Source: Alphaproteobacteria bacterium
Lineage (GTDB): Bacteria > Pseudomonadota > Alphaproteobacteria > Micavibrionales > Micavibrionaceae
DNA: 55,203 nucleotides
Reading direction: 5' to 3'
NCBI GenBank assembly: GCA_049653045.1
Contig: JBASFN010000140.1
Coordinates: 1 to 55,203 of the forward strand
The notes beneath the pieces were generated by a model. It saw only the letters and a list, made by a program, of their open reading frames with translations. It was not told the origin of the DNA and ran no database searches. Positions 18,356-27,193 of this stretch are shown in pieces (position 1 is the stretch's first letter; each line of letters opens with the position of its first letter). The translations under genes were made by a program, and so were the position numbers.

Positions 18356-19144
18356 ATGCAAACACTCGCCCCCGGCATAGAAGTCAACGGCATTAAAATC
18401 TCACCCGACGAGATTAATGCGGAAGTACAGTATCACCCGGCAGAAAGTCTTTTTAGCGCCAAATATGAGGCCATGAAGGCTCTTGTGATACGGGAAATCC
18501 TGATCCAGCGCGCGGCAGAGCTCGGGCTGTGCAAGCGCAATGAAGCGGTTAAGAAGCCCGACGACATTATTGAAGCTTTGCTGGAGCAGGAAATCACCGC
18601 GCCAAAGGCTGACGAAGACACGTGCAGGCGGTATTACGAGAATAACAAAAGCAAATTCTTTACTTCGCCGCTTTTTGAAGTGTCTCATATCCTGTATCTG
18701 GCTCCGCCGGAAGATGAGGAAGCACGCAAAGCAGCCAAACTCAAGGCGGATACCGCGCTGGCAAAGATAAAGAAGTCACCGGAATTGTTTGCCGGCATCG
18801 CACGGGCGGAATCGGGATGCTCTTCCGCCAAGGACGGTGGAATGCTGGGACAGATCAGCAAGGGGCAAACCATGCCCGCCTTTGAAACAGCTTTGTTTCA
18901 GATGCGGGAGGGTGATATCAGCGAGGAGCCTGTGGCAAGTGAAGTCGGCTATCACATTATCAAGGTTCATGAATACGCGGAAGGTGCGCAACTGCCCTAT
19001 GAAAGTGTTGCCGACTGGATCAAAAATGATCTGGAACAAAAAAGCTGGAACAAGGCTTTTCAACAATATGTGCAGCTTCTGGCGGGACGTTCGAAAATCA
19101 GCGGTTTCCGCTTCGAAGGCGTAAAATCACCGCTGGTGCAGTAG
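18356..19144 (+). CDS. parvulin-type peptidyl-prolyl cis-trans isomerase (PpiC/SurA-like)
   Basis: The rotamase domain shows FEVSHILY...GGMLGQISKGQTMPAFETALF...GYHIIKV. The gene starts directly after the narI stop. Confidence 0.8.
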   Translation: MQTLAPGIEVNGIKISPDEINAEVQYHPAESLFSAKYEAMKALVIREILIQRAAELGLCKRNEAVKKPDDIIEALLEQEITAPKADEDTCRRYYENNKSKFFTSPLFEVSHILYLAPPEDEEARKAAKLKADTALAKIKKSPELFAGIARAESGCSSAKDGGMLGQISKGQTMPAFETALFQMREGDISEEPVASEVGYHIIKVHEYAEGAQLPYESVADWIKNDLEQKSWNKAFQQYVQLLAGRSKISGFRFEGVKSPLVQ

Positions 19145-19180
19145 TTTTACAAAATATAAAGAATCGATTATCCTCTCAGT

Positions 19181-19408
19181 ATGAAATTATTATGCGACTT
19201 ATGTGATAGACAAACTAATTTTGGAGGTGGCCAATACGATGGTAAACCTTCAGCTTTGGATAACACTTTATTCTTTTGCAATAATTGTAGGCAAATACAT
19301 TGGGATGGTATTGGTCCATCACATGAGAATAAATTTGTTAGTCTGTTAGAACAGAAAAATATTCCCCTAACACAGCGTAATGAAAAAGGCTGGTATCCTC
19401 TTCAATAG
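19181..19408 (+). CDS. hypothetical small protein with CxxC...CxxC zinc-ribbon-like motif
   Basis: 75-aa ORF with CDLCDR...CNNC. It is more AT-rich than its neighbours and has no clear Shine-Dalgarno. Confidence 0.35.
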   Translation: MKLLCDLCDRQTNFGGGQYDGKPSALDNTLFFCNNCRQIHWDGIGPSHENKFVSLLEQKNIPLTQRNEKGWYPLQ

Positions 19409-19414
19409 CATCAT

Positions 19415-19428
19415 TTGATTCAGATCAA
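19415..19428. promoter_or_regulatory. FNR/CRP-type box TTGATTCAGATCAA upstream of hemN
   Basis: Perfect palindrome 33 nt before the hemN ATG. A TATGAT -10-like hexamer lies at 19450-19455. Confidence 0.75.
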
Positions 19429-19461
19429 GGCCGCCTACACGTATATTCGTATGATGGGCGC

Positions 19462-20796
19462 ATGAATAAAGATGATATCAAGGCCTTGCTTGCCAAATAT
19501 GATTATCCTGTGCCGCGCTATACAAGTTTTCCAACGGCGGTGCAGTTTAAATCTGTTGAGGATACCGGAATTTATTTTAAATGTCTGAACTCCCTCACGT
19601 CGAATGAGCCTGTTTCGCTTTACGTTCATATTCCTTTTTGCCATAGCCTTTGTCACTATTGTGGCTGTCACACCAAAATTGTGCATAGCTATAGCCCGAT
19701 TTCTTCATATATTGATACATTGATCAACGAAATAGAATTGGCGGGCAGAAATTTAAAAGTTGCCCAGAGCGTATCACGCATTCATTTTGGCGGCGGCTCA
19801 CCTAATTACGCAAAGACGGAAGATATAAAACGCATATTGAGCACTCTGGGGCGTTATTTTGATCTCTCCTCCGCACAGATTGATATGGAGTGCGATCCAC
19901 GGCTTTTGAACGATGCTAAAATTTCTGATTATGCCGCGCTTGGCCTATCACGTATAAGCCTTGGTATTCAGGATTTTGACGCGGGCGTACAAAAAGCCAT
20001 AAACCGCATTCAGCCCTTTGATGTGGTCAAAAAGCAAATTGAGGCGCTGCACTGTAACGGCATTCATAATATTAATTTTGATTTGATTATCGGCCTTCCC
20101 GAACAAACATTGGAAACCGTCAATGAAACACTGGATAAAGTCTTGGAGCTTCAGCCCGCGCGCGTTGCCGTATTCCCCTATGCCCATGTTCCATGGATGA
20201 AGAAGCACCAGAAACTGCTCGAGAAATATGAAATGCCGGAAACATCTTTGCGTTATGAGATGGCTAAGCTCACCGAAACCCGCTTAAAAAATGCGGGATA
20301 TGAAACGATTGGTATCGATCATTTCGCGCGCGCTGATGATCCTCTGGCCCGCGCTTCGAAAAATGGGAACATGCGCCGTAATTTTCAAGGCTATACGGAT
20401 GATCCTGCCCGCACCATACTGGGATTTGGTTTGTCGTCAATCAGCCAGTTTGAAGAGGCTTATACCCAGAATACCACGGATGCGCCTTTATACAGGAAAA
20501 CTGTCGATAATGGGGAGGTGCCGCTGGCAAGAGTACTGACGTTGACGCAGGATGATCAGGATAGAAGAAAGCTTATCGAGGAATTGATGTGTAATTCTAC
20601 TGTTAATTTTGAAGATTATAAGAGTATCCCTGTGCCACGATCAGCTCTTGCATTGCTGGAGCAAGACGGCTTGATTGAAATAACCGGTTCACAGCTGCAA
20701 GTTACGCAAAGCGGCAAAACATTTGTGCGTGTTATAGCCTCCCTCTTCGATCCTTATTTTAAAAAAGAAAGTAACCGCCATGCTAAAGCTGTTTGA
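19462..20796 (+). CDS. hemN: oxygen-independent coproporphyrinogen III oxidase HemN (radical SAM)
   Basis: Contains PRYTSFPTA, the radical-SAM motif CHSLCHYCGC and GGGSPN. 444 aa. Confidence 0.9.
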   Translation: MNKDDIKALLAKYDYPVPRYTSFPTAVQFKSVEDTGIYFKCLNSLTSNEPVSLYVHIPFCHSLCHYCGCHTKIVHSYSPISSYIDTLINEIELAGRNLKVAQSVSRIHFGGGSPNYAKTEDIKRILSTLGRYFDLSSAQIDMECDPRLLNDAKISDYAALGLSRISLGIQDFDAGVQKAINRIQPFDVVKKQIEALHCNGIHNINFDLIIGLPEQTLETVNETLDKVLELQPARVAVFPYAHVPWMKKHQKLLEKYEMPETSLRYEMAKLTETRLKNAGYETIGIDHFARADDPLARASKNGNMRRNFQGYTDDPARTILGFGLSSISQFEEAYTQNTTDAPLYRKTVDNGEVPLARVLTLTQDDQDRRKLIEELMCNSTVNFEDYKSIPVPRSALALLEQDGLIEITGSQLQVTQSGKTFVRVIASLFDPYFKKESNRHAKAV

Positions 20797-21955
20797 CTCC
20801 ATATTTGCACGACCATTTTTGGGACGCGGATTCCGGCCTTTCTTTTTTCTGGGGGCATTGCACGGCGTCATAAGTCTGGCTCTCTGGGGCGGGTTTTATG
20901 CGGGATATGTCGTGCCGCCATATTTTATGCTGGATGCCGTTTCATGGCACGCCCATGAGATGATTTACGGATTTGCCATGGCTATTGTGGCGGGTTTTCT
21001 TTTAACCGCTGTTGCCAACTGGACGGGCGGCGCACCGGCACGCCAGATGCATTTGGCCGGGCTTTGCCTGCTGTGGGTTTTGGGACGGGTTGTCATGCAT
21101 TTTGATTTTGGTCTGCCTGCATGGGCGATTATAGCGGTAGAAAGCGCATTTATACCCGCTCTTGCCTTATCGCTTGCTATTCCGCTTATCCGCAGCTGGA
21201 ATAAACGCAATTTCATTTTCCTAACGCTTTTAAGCGTTCTTTTTGCCTGCGATCTCTGGTTTCTTCTTACCATTAATATGGCCGCACTTCATGTCGCACT
21301 GATGATGATTTTAATTATGATATCCCTGATCGGTGGACGCATTATACCGGCCTTTACTGTCGCTGCCTTGCGCAGGAAAGGCATAGAGGCCTATCAGACA
21401 CCGCAAATGAAAATGGACATGGCTGCGCTTGCCTCTTTGGTGGCTGTCGCCCTGTGTCTGGTTTTTGCGAAAGATACTCTGATCCTTGGCATTGCGTCCG
21501 GTGTTTCCTGCCTTATACACGGGCTTAGAATGCGCCATTATCACACGCTTAAAACCTTTGATGATCCGTTGGTCTGGATACTCCACGTCGGGTATGGCTG
21601 GCTGATCGTCGGTCTTGGGTTGCTTGCCTTAACAGGGTTCGGTGTTTTGGGCGTGTCTGCCGTTATTCACGCCCTGACCGCAGGCTCCATCGGCTCCATG
21701 ATATTGGGCATGATTTGCCGCGTTACATTGGGGCATACGGGACGAGAGCTTAAAGTGGGCGCGCTTACCACGCTTTCATTTTTTGCCATTCAGGTCACGG
21801 CCATTGCCCGCGTGTTCGGGCCGATATTTATGCCGGATCATATGAATGAATGGATTATTGGCTCAGCTGCTTTATGGTCTTTATGCTTTGCGGCTTATTT
21901 ATGGGTCTACACTCCCATGCTGTTTACAGCCCGTCCGGATGGGAGCGAAGCTTAA
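20780..21955 (+). CDS. nnrS: NnrS family membrane protein
   Basis: 391 aa with about 12 TM segments. The N-terminus RPFFFLGALHG and the HAHEMIYGF motif are typical of NnrS. Confidence 0.85.
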   Translation: MLKLFDSIFARPFLGRGFRPFFFLGALHGVISLALWGGFYAGYVVPPYFMLDAVSWHAHEMIYGFAMAIVAGFLLTAVANWTGGAPARQMHLAGLCLLWVLGRVVMHFDFGLPAWAIIAVESAFIPALALSLAIPLIRSWNKRNFIFLTLLSVLFACDLWFLLTINMAALHVALMMILIMISLIGGRIIPAFTVAALRRKGIEAYQTPQMKMDMAALASLVAVALCLVFAKDTLILGIASGVSCLIHGLRMRHYHTLKTFDDPLVWILHVGYGWLIVGLGLLALTGFGVLGVSAVIHALTAGSIGSMILGMICRVTLGHTGRELKVGALTTLSFFAIQVTAIARVFGPIFMPDHMNEWIIGSAALWSLCFAAYLWVYTPMLFTARPDGSEA

Positions 21956-22653
21956 CATGGTATTTCATTTGGTGAGATGTCACAGAATTCAGCCAAAGCC
22001 TCCATATCTGTAATCAGAATATTCTTCTTTTCGATATGAACGCCATAAGGTTCCAGCTTTGCCAGAGCGCGGGAAAAGGTTTCCGGCTTGATGTTCATGC
22101 GGGTTGAAATCACTGATTTATCGTAAGGCAAATGGACAACCCATTCGCCTTCGGCCTGCCTGTTTTTCTTGCAAAAACGTATCAAAAACGCACCGATACG
22201 CTGCGGGGCCGTGCGGGTTGTCACCTGCTCTATTTGCTGGACGAGGTAATGCTGACGCGCGGCAATGGCGCCGAGCATGCGCAATGCAAAACGGCTGTCT
22301 TCCTCGATTTTCTGGATAAAGAAACTGCGAGGTATTTCAACAAGAGTGACTTCATCCAATGCATGAGCATTCACAGGATAGGTTTTTGTGTCATTAAAAA
22401 CAGCAGCTTCGGCAAAAGACTCGCCAGGGCCAAAGACATGGATGATCGCTTCCTCACCATCCTTGGAGATACGATAGAGCTTGACCCAGCCTTCAAGAAT
22501 AATAAAAAAGGCATCGGCCTTGTCACCCATGGCGAAGATATCACGTCCCTTGGCAAATGTTTTTTTGTGACATTCTTTAGCCAAGGATTCGATTGTCTGC
22601 ATATCGACACTGTGAAACAGGGTGCTTTTTTTGATGGTTTCTACAATGTTCAT
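21952..22653 (-). CDS. CRP/FNR-family regulator without Cys cluster (Dnr/NnrR type)
   Basis: cNMP-binding-like domain plus an HTH with PETFSRALAKL. It has no Cys cluster. It lies 22 nt downstream of nnrU (same strand), and its 3' end overlaps the convergent nnrS by 4 nt. Confidence 0.85.
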   Translation of the reverse strand: MNIVETIKKSTLFHSVDMQTIESLAKECHKKTFAKGRDIFAMGDKADAFFIILEGWVKLYRISKDGEEAIIHVFGPGESFAEAAVFNDTKTYPVNAHALDEVTLVEIPRSFFIQKIEEDSRFALRMLGAIAARQHYLVQQIEQVTTRTAPQRIGAFLIRFCKKNRQAEGEWVVHLPYDKSVISTRMNIKPETFSRALAKLEPYGVHIEKKNILITDMEALAEFCDISPNEIPC

Positions 22654-22675
22654 GGCGCTGCGCTTATTTTAAATA

Positions 22676-23365
22676 TTACATGGGAGGCATTGGATTTATT
22701 CCAAATAAGGTCTCGTGAAGACTATAAAGTAAAAAGTACACAAATAAACCTGAAATAATTCCCGTAATGTCATATCTTGTGAATTGGAATTGTCCTGACC
22801 ATAAAGAGCGGGAAGCAAAAAGCACAGCATGTGTGTTTTTTGCCCGTATGTCCCATTGCTCCATTCCCAATTCCCTTTTACGTTTTCGATCAACTATCTT
22901 CAGTCCTATTAACGAAAATCCAGCAAATATTCCAAACATGACGATCAGCGGATATTCACCGTTTGGGACAACATGAGAAGTAGACCAGAGAAAAAAGCCC
23001 CACAAAATCGGATGACGGGTCAGAGCAACAATAAATCCCGGTCTTTCTGGATCAAATCCTTTGTTTTTTGCCGCTATGGATAAGGGGTTGGGCACAACGA
23101 AGCCCGAAACCAGCAAGATGCAAGCAAGGGGCATGAAAATGTTAGGTATCCAATAAAGTTCATAAAGCCAGGGCCATAGCTGGATACGGGGCGCGTTCTG
23201 CGCCGCAATAATCAGCCATGCGAGCAATATCAGGCTGAGCAAGGAATAAAGGGTCAGATAAGTCCTCTCCCCCCATTTTTGAGCTATGACGCCGCGAAGC
23301 CCTGATCGGGCTATAACAGAATGCGAAGCCATAAAAATAACAAGCGATGCCCAGAATTCCAGCAT
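22676..23365 (-). CDS. nnrU: NnrU family membrane protein
   Basis: 229-aa multi-TM protein. The N-terminal pattern ...MASHSVIARSGLRGVIAQKWGERTYLTLYSLLSL is like NnrU family members. Confidence 0.75.
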   Translation of the reverse strand: MLEFWASLVIFMASHSVIARSGLRGVIAQKWGERTYLTLYSLLSLILLAWLIIAAQNAPRIQLWPWLYELYWIPNIFMPLACILLVSGFVVPNPLSIAAKNKGFDPERPGFIVALTRHPILWGFFLWSTSHVVPNGEYPLIVMFGIFAGFSLIGLKIVDRKRKRELGMEQWDIRAKNTHAVLFASRSLWSGQFQFTRYDITGIISGLFVYFLLYSLHETLFGINPMPPM

Positions 23366-23376
23366 TTTTATCCCTC

Positions 23377-23390
23377 TTGATTCAGATCAA
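23377..23390. promoter_or_regulatory. FNR/CRP-type box TTGATTCAGATCAA between nnrU and moaA
   Basis: Perfect palindrome. It lies 11 nt from the nnrU ATG and 176 nt from the moaA ATG. Confidence 0.75.
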
Positions 23391-23434
23391 GTCTCTTCTT
23401 TTTGAATTCCATCATAATGAAAATATGAAGATTC

Positions 23435-23557
23435 GCCATGTTCATTTGCACATGGCCGCTCTGAAGCCTTTATGTCCTAAGTCTTTATTATAAGGATATG
23501 GCGCAAAGGCCGGGGTTATGTGTGGAAACGCCATGATCTCCCGTGTTTGGAAAGGAG
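23435..23557 (+). ncRNA. candidate molybdenum-cofactor (Moco) riboswitch in moaA leader
   Basis: The long structured leader contains AAAGGCC...GGAAAC...CUCCC...GGAAAGGAG, elements I associate with the Moco RNA motif. The stems GCCUUU/AAAGGC, GGCG/CGCC and CUCC/GGAG can form, and the last one can sequester the Shine-Dalgarno. Not verified with a covariance model. Confidence 0.4.
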
Positions 23558-23566
23558 TCTATTGAT

Positions 23567-24556
23567 ATGATAACCGAGCCGCATCTCGCGGATAATTTTG
23601 GTCGCCGGTTTCCTTATTTGCGCTTGTCCGTAACGGATGTGTGCAATTTCAGCTGTTCCTATTGTTTGCCCGATGGATATAAAAAAACAGGATGTGAGAG
23701 CTTTCTGGATCAAGAAGAAATTATCAGGCTGGTAAAAGCATTCGCCGCGCTTGGTGTTTGGAAAATCAGACTGACAGGAGGGGAGCCAACCGTGCGCCCT
23801 GATTTTATCCAAATTGCACAGCGCGTTGCTTCAATACAAGGTATTAAAAAACTGGCTTTTACGACCAATGGCTATAAATTGCCTGAGCGGGCGCAAAGCT
23901 ATTACGATGCGGGACTTCGGGCGATTAATATCAGTATAGACTCTCTGAATGCAGAGAAGTTTAAAGCCATCACAAAACATGACCGCTTGGAAGAGATCTT
24001 GGACGGGTTAGATGCCTGCCACGATGCAGGGTTCGAATCCGTCAAAATCAACACCGTCCTGCTCAAGGGATATAATGATAACGAGCTTGATGATTTTATC
24101 GCTTTTGTTCAGGACAAGCCTGTTTCCTTGCGCTTTATTGAGCTTATGCGCACGGGCGATAATCAGGATTATTTTAGCGAGCATCATTTGCCCGGCACCG
24201 CCGTTACAGAAAGATTGCTGGCGCGTGGATGGCATTTAAAACCTCGTGAAGAAGGCGCAGGACCAGCCCAAGAATTTGCACATAAAGGCAGCAAAGGCAC
24301 AATTGGTTTAATCGCCCCCTATTCAAAAGATTTTTGTAAAAGCTGTAACCGTCTGCGCATGTCTGCCAAGGGTGCGCTCCACCTTTGTCTTTTCGGTGAA
24401 CGCGGGTATCCCCTACGGCATCTTCTACAATCAGACGACAGTTCAGAAGAACTGCAAGAAAAAATAATGGCGTTGATGAATTTTAAGAAATCAGCGCATT
24501 TTTTACATGATAATAACAGTGGCGTTCGCGACCATTTAGCAAGTATTGGAGGATAA
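23567..24556 (+). CDS. moaA: GTP 3',8-cyclase MoaA (radical SAM)
   Basis: Contains YLRLSVTDVCNFSCSYC and the C-terminal CxxCNRLR motif. An AAGGAG Shine-Dalgarno lies 9 nt before the ATG at 23567; the track start at 23543 is a GTG. Confidence 0.95.
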   Translation: MITEPHLADNFGRRFPYLRLSVTDVCNFSCSYCLPDGYKKTGCESFLDQEEIIRLVKAFAALGVWKIRLTGGEPTVRPDFIQIAQRVASIQGIKKLAFTTNGYKLPERAQSYYDAGLRAINISIDSLNAEKFKAITKHDRLEEILDGLDACHDAGFESVKINTVLLKGYNDNELDDFIAFVQDKPVSLRFIELMRTGDNQDYFSEHHLPGTAVTERLLARGWHLKPREEGAGPAQEFAHKGSKGTIGLIAPYSKDFCKSCNRLRMSAKGALHLCLFGERGYPLRHLLQSDDSSEELQEKIMALMNFKKSAHFLHDNNSGVRDHLASIGG

Positions 24557-24560
24557 AACC

Positions 24561-25589
24561 ATGTCGAAAACAGAAGAAGTTATTGCCTTTCCCACGGCGG
24601 CACAGCCCAATTTCAAAATGATTGACGTAGGGCGCAAAAGACCAACACGCCGCCGCGCCGTAGCCTGTGGCACTATCCATATGAATGCAGAAGCATTTGA
24701 GGCGATCAAAAATGGTAAGCTGCCTAAAGGCAATGTTTTGGCACTGGCCGAAGCGGCAGGTATTACGGGTGCTAAGAAAACACCGGACCTCATCCCTATG
24801 TGCCACACATTGCCGCTGGATCAGGTCACCATCCATTGCGCCATGAATGAGCAGGATCACAGCATTACAGTCTATGCGCAGGCCGTTGCTTTTGCGAAAA
24901 CGGGTGTCGAGATGGAGGCCTTGGCGGGCGCGAATGCTGCACTTTTAACGATCTGGGATTTAACAAAAGGTACTGATCCAAATTTAAGCATGGAGGGCAT
25001 ACGCCTTTTGATTAAGACAGGCGGAAAAAGCGGTGTCTGGATCAATCCGAACGGCATACCTGACTGGCTGGCTGAGCAATTGCCCGATGAGAAAACGCTT
25101 GTCGGTAAATCCGCCGCCATTTTAGTGATGAGCGACCGCGCATCCAAAGGCGAGTATGAAGACAAATCCGGTCCCGTTTTAAAAGAACTTTTGAGCGCTG
25201 CAGGGGCCGATATCAAATGCTCTACGGTTATTCCTGATGAAGCGGATAAAATTGCCGCCGCAATTAAAGACATTTGCGCGCAGCATACGCCGGATATTTT
25301 GATCGCCTCTGGTGGCACAGGGCCAGGGCCGCGTGATTTAACTCCCGATGTTTTGGAAGAAGTTTGCGAGCGCATGCTGGATGGGTTGGGCGATGTGCTA
25401 CGAACAGAGAGTCTCCACTTTACGGACACCGCATGGCTGTCCCGCATGACGGCGGGCATGGTTGGAGCTACACTTGTCATCGCTTTCCCCGGTTCTCCTA
25501 AAGCAGTTAAGGAATGCTGGGATATTATTGCTCCTTTTATCGGTGATGCGCTGAACAAGATTAAAAAGCAAGGATATGATGAAGCATGA
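24561..25589 (+). CDS. moaC: bifunctional MoaC (cyclic pyranopterin monophosphate synthase) / MogA-MoaB-like protein
   Basis: The N-terminal half has the MoaC motifs KGNVLALAEAAGITGAKKT.DLIPMCH and TGVEMEAL. The C-terminal half has the MogA/MoaB motifs SDRASKGEYEDKSG and SGGTGPGPRDLTP. A GGAGGA Shine-Dalgarno precedes the ATG at 24561. Confidence 0.9.
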   Translation: MSKTEEVIAFPTAAQPNFKMIDVGRKRPTRRRAVACGTIHMNAEAFEAIKNGKLPKGNVLALAEAAGITGAKKTPDLIPMCHTLPLDQVTIHCAMNEQDHSITVYAQAVAFAKTGVEMEALAGANAALLTIWDLTKGTDPNLSMEGIRLLIKTGGKSGVWINPNGIPDWLAEQLPDEKTLVGKSAAILVMSDRASKGEYEDKSGPVLKELLSAAGADIKCSTVIPDEADKIAAAIKDICAQHTPDILIASGGTGPGPRDLTPDVLEEVCERMLDGLGDVLRTESLHFTDTAWLSRMTAGMVGATLVIAFPGSPKAVKECWDIIAPFIGDALNKIKKQGYDEA

Positions 25590-25837
25590 CGATGATAAAT
25601 TATTCTATTAAATGTTTTGGTGTTTTCAGACAATTTGGCGATACGCTCTGCGTTACTGTTGATGCCGGATCTTCTGTGCAGCAAATTAAGGCAGCCTTGG
25701 TGCAGCAATTGGGCGAGCAGCATAAAATACTGGTGGAGGAGTCTGTCCTGGCCAATGACAATGCAATTTTGCCAAATGCTTATATTCTGCAGGAAGAAGC
25801 ACCTCTTTCCATTTTACCGCCAGTCTGTGGGGGGTGA
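25586..25837 (+). CDS. moaD: molybdopterin synthase sulfur carrier subunit MoaD
   Basis: 83 aa, ending in the diglycine PPVCGG. It lies between moaC and moaE. Confidence 0.85.
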   Translation: MTMINYSIKCFGVFRQFGDTLCVTVDAGSSVQQIKAALVQQLGEQHKILVEESVLANDNAILPNAYILQEEAPLSILPPVCGG

Positions 25838-25840
25838 GGA

Positions 25841-26326
25841 ATGAGCATTCAAGTTTTTGTCAGTGCTGATCCTTTAAGCCTTGAAACGGCGATGCAAAGC
25901 GTTGTCGATCCGGCGCATGGGGCCATTGATACGTTTATCGGCACAGTGCGCAATATGCATGAGGGTAAAAGCGTAACGGGCATCACATACGATGTGCATG
26001 AAGCCTTGGCAGAAAAAGTCTTTCATGAAATTTGTGAGGAAGCACAGGGATTATGGCCGGATACGCGCTATTACGCCTCGCATTATCAGGGCGCTCTGGA
26101 TGTTAGCGGGATCAGCATTATCATTGCTGTGAGTTCTCCTCACCGCGCCGAGAGTTTTGAAGCGTGCCGTTACGTCATCGAAGAAATTAAAAAACGCGCT
26201 CCCGTCTGGAAAAAAGAGCATTATGTGGATGGTATGAGCGACTGGTTGCCGGGACATTCCCTGTCAGAGGAAGCGGAGCACTCCATGACCTGTTGCGGCC
26301 ATTGTCAGGAGGATGCGCATGGATGA
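25841..26326 (+). CDS. moaE: molybdopterin synthase catalytic subunit MoaE (with CCGHC tail)
   Basis: Contains the GAIDTFIGTVRN and PVWKKEHY motifs. It has an atypical C-terminal extension, ...MTCCGHCQEDAHG. Confidence 0.9.
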   Translation: MSIQVFVSADPLSLETAMQSVVDPAHGAIDTFIGTVRNMHEGKSVTGITYDVHEALAEKVFHEICEEAQGLWPDTRYYASHYQGALDVSGISIIIAVSSPHRAESFEACRYVIEEIKKRAPVWKKEHYVDGMSDWLPGHSLSEEAEHSMTCCGHCQEDAHG

Positions 26327-26840
26327 TTTTAGCACTATCGCCGGCGTGGTTTTAGCAGGAGGGCGCTCAAGCCGTATGGGGCAGAATAAGGCTTTGCTAG
26401 ATTACCAAGGGAAGCCGCTCATCGAACATATGATGGAGATACTTAAAACAATCGGAATCAAGGAAATATTTATCAGCGGCGATGTTGATGGTTACGACTG
26501 TCTTTACGATCAGGAGCCATTTACAGGGCCGGCTGAAGCGATAAAGTTAGTTATCAAGCGCCTTTCTAGTTATGCGGGATTGTTGTTTATTCCCGTTGAT
26601 ATGCCCTTGTTAAAACCGGATATGCTGCACCTGCTTTTGCAACAAAAAGAGGGGGGATATTTTATAGACTGGCCTTTGCCAGCCTTCATAACGCCGCCTT
26701 ATCCCGAGAGTGAAAAAAAATCAGTCCAAGGTTTATTAGATGATTACGGCATATATCCTGTAGCGTTGCCGGAGCATTTCTCTTCTTCCATGAAAAATAC
26801 TAACACGCCGCAGGATTGGGCGGAGGTTATAAATCGATGA
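26313..26840 (+). CDS. mobA: molybdenum cofactor guanylyltransferase MobA
   Basis: The N-terminal motif GVVLAGGRSSRMGQNKALL is present, along with PVDMP. 175 aa. Confidence 0.85.
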   Translation: MRMDDFSTIAGVVLAGGRSSRMGQNKALLDYQGKPLIEHMMEILKTIGIKEIFISGDVDGYDCLYDQEPFTGPAEAIKLVIKRLSSYAGLLFIPVDMPLLKPDMLHLLLQQKEGGYFIDWPLPAFITPPYPESEKKSVQGLLDDYGIYPVALPEHFSSSMKNTNTPQDWAEVINR

Positions 26841-27190
26841 ATGTAAAAATCACCGAAAAATCCGTGACATTTAAAATCACAGAAGATGAATTAAATATTC
26901 TGAGTACAGGTCAGCCGATAGAAAAAGCTGTGCCCATTGGCGGGAATGATTTTGCGATGGTGATTGATCCCGATCCGGCAGAATATTTTGAAGATTTTAA
27001 AGAAGCCCCGCTCAAACTCATTTTAGATAAGGATGAATCCTGTCTGATGCTTTGCACAAGCAAGGATCAGATACAAAAACTCATTGATATGGGACGCAGC
27101 AAAGAAGGGCTTTGTGCGCATGTGAACGGTCTTGATGTATTTCTTCAGGTTGATCTCAAGGCGGATAGTAGACCACGCCAGAAAGCATAA
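26837..27190 (+). CDS. hypothetical protein translationally coupled to mobA
   Basis: 117-aa ORF whose ATG overlaps the mobA stop (ATGA). I recognised no family motif. Confidence 0.5.
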   Translation: MNVKITEKSVTFKITEDELNILSTGQPIEKAVPIGGNDFAMVIDPDPAEYFEDFKEAPLKLILDKDESCLMLCTSKDQIQKLIDMGRSKEGLCAHVNGLDVFLQVDLKADSRPRQKA

Positions 27191-27193
27191 TAT

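Noticed and set aside
22132-22758. 208-aa plus-strand ORF overlapping the Dnr-type regulator
   Set aside because: It lies antisense to a regulator with clear cNMP and HTH motifs. It has no independent support.
24872-25723. 283-aa minus-strand ORF opposite the moaC-mog fusion and moaD
   Set aside because: It is an antisense shadow of a strongly supported gene. Its Ser/Pro/Ala-rich translation has no motif, start context or Shine-Dalgarno.
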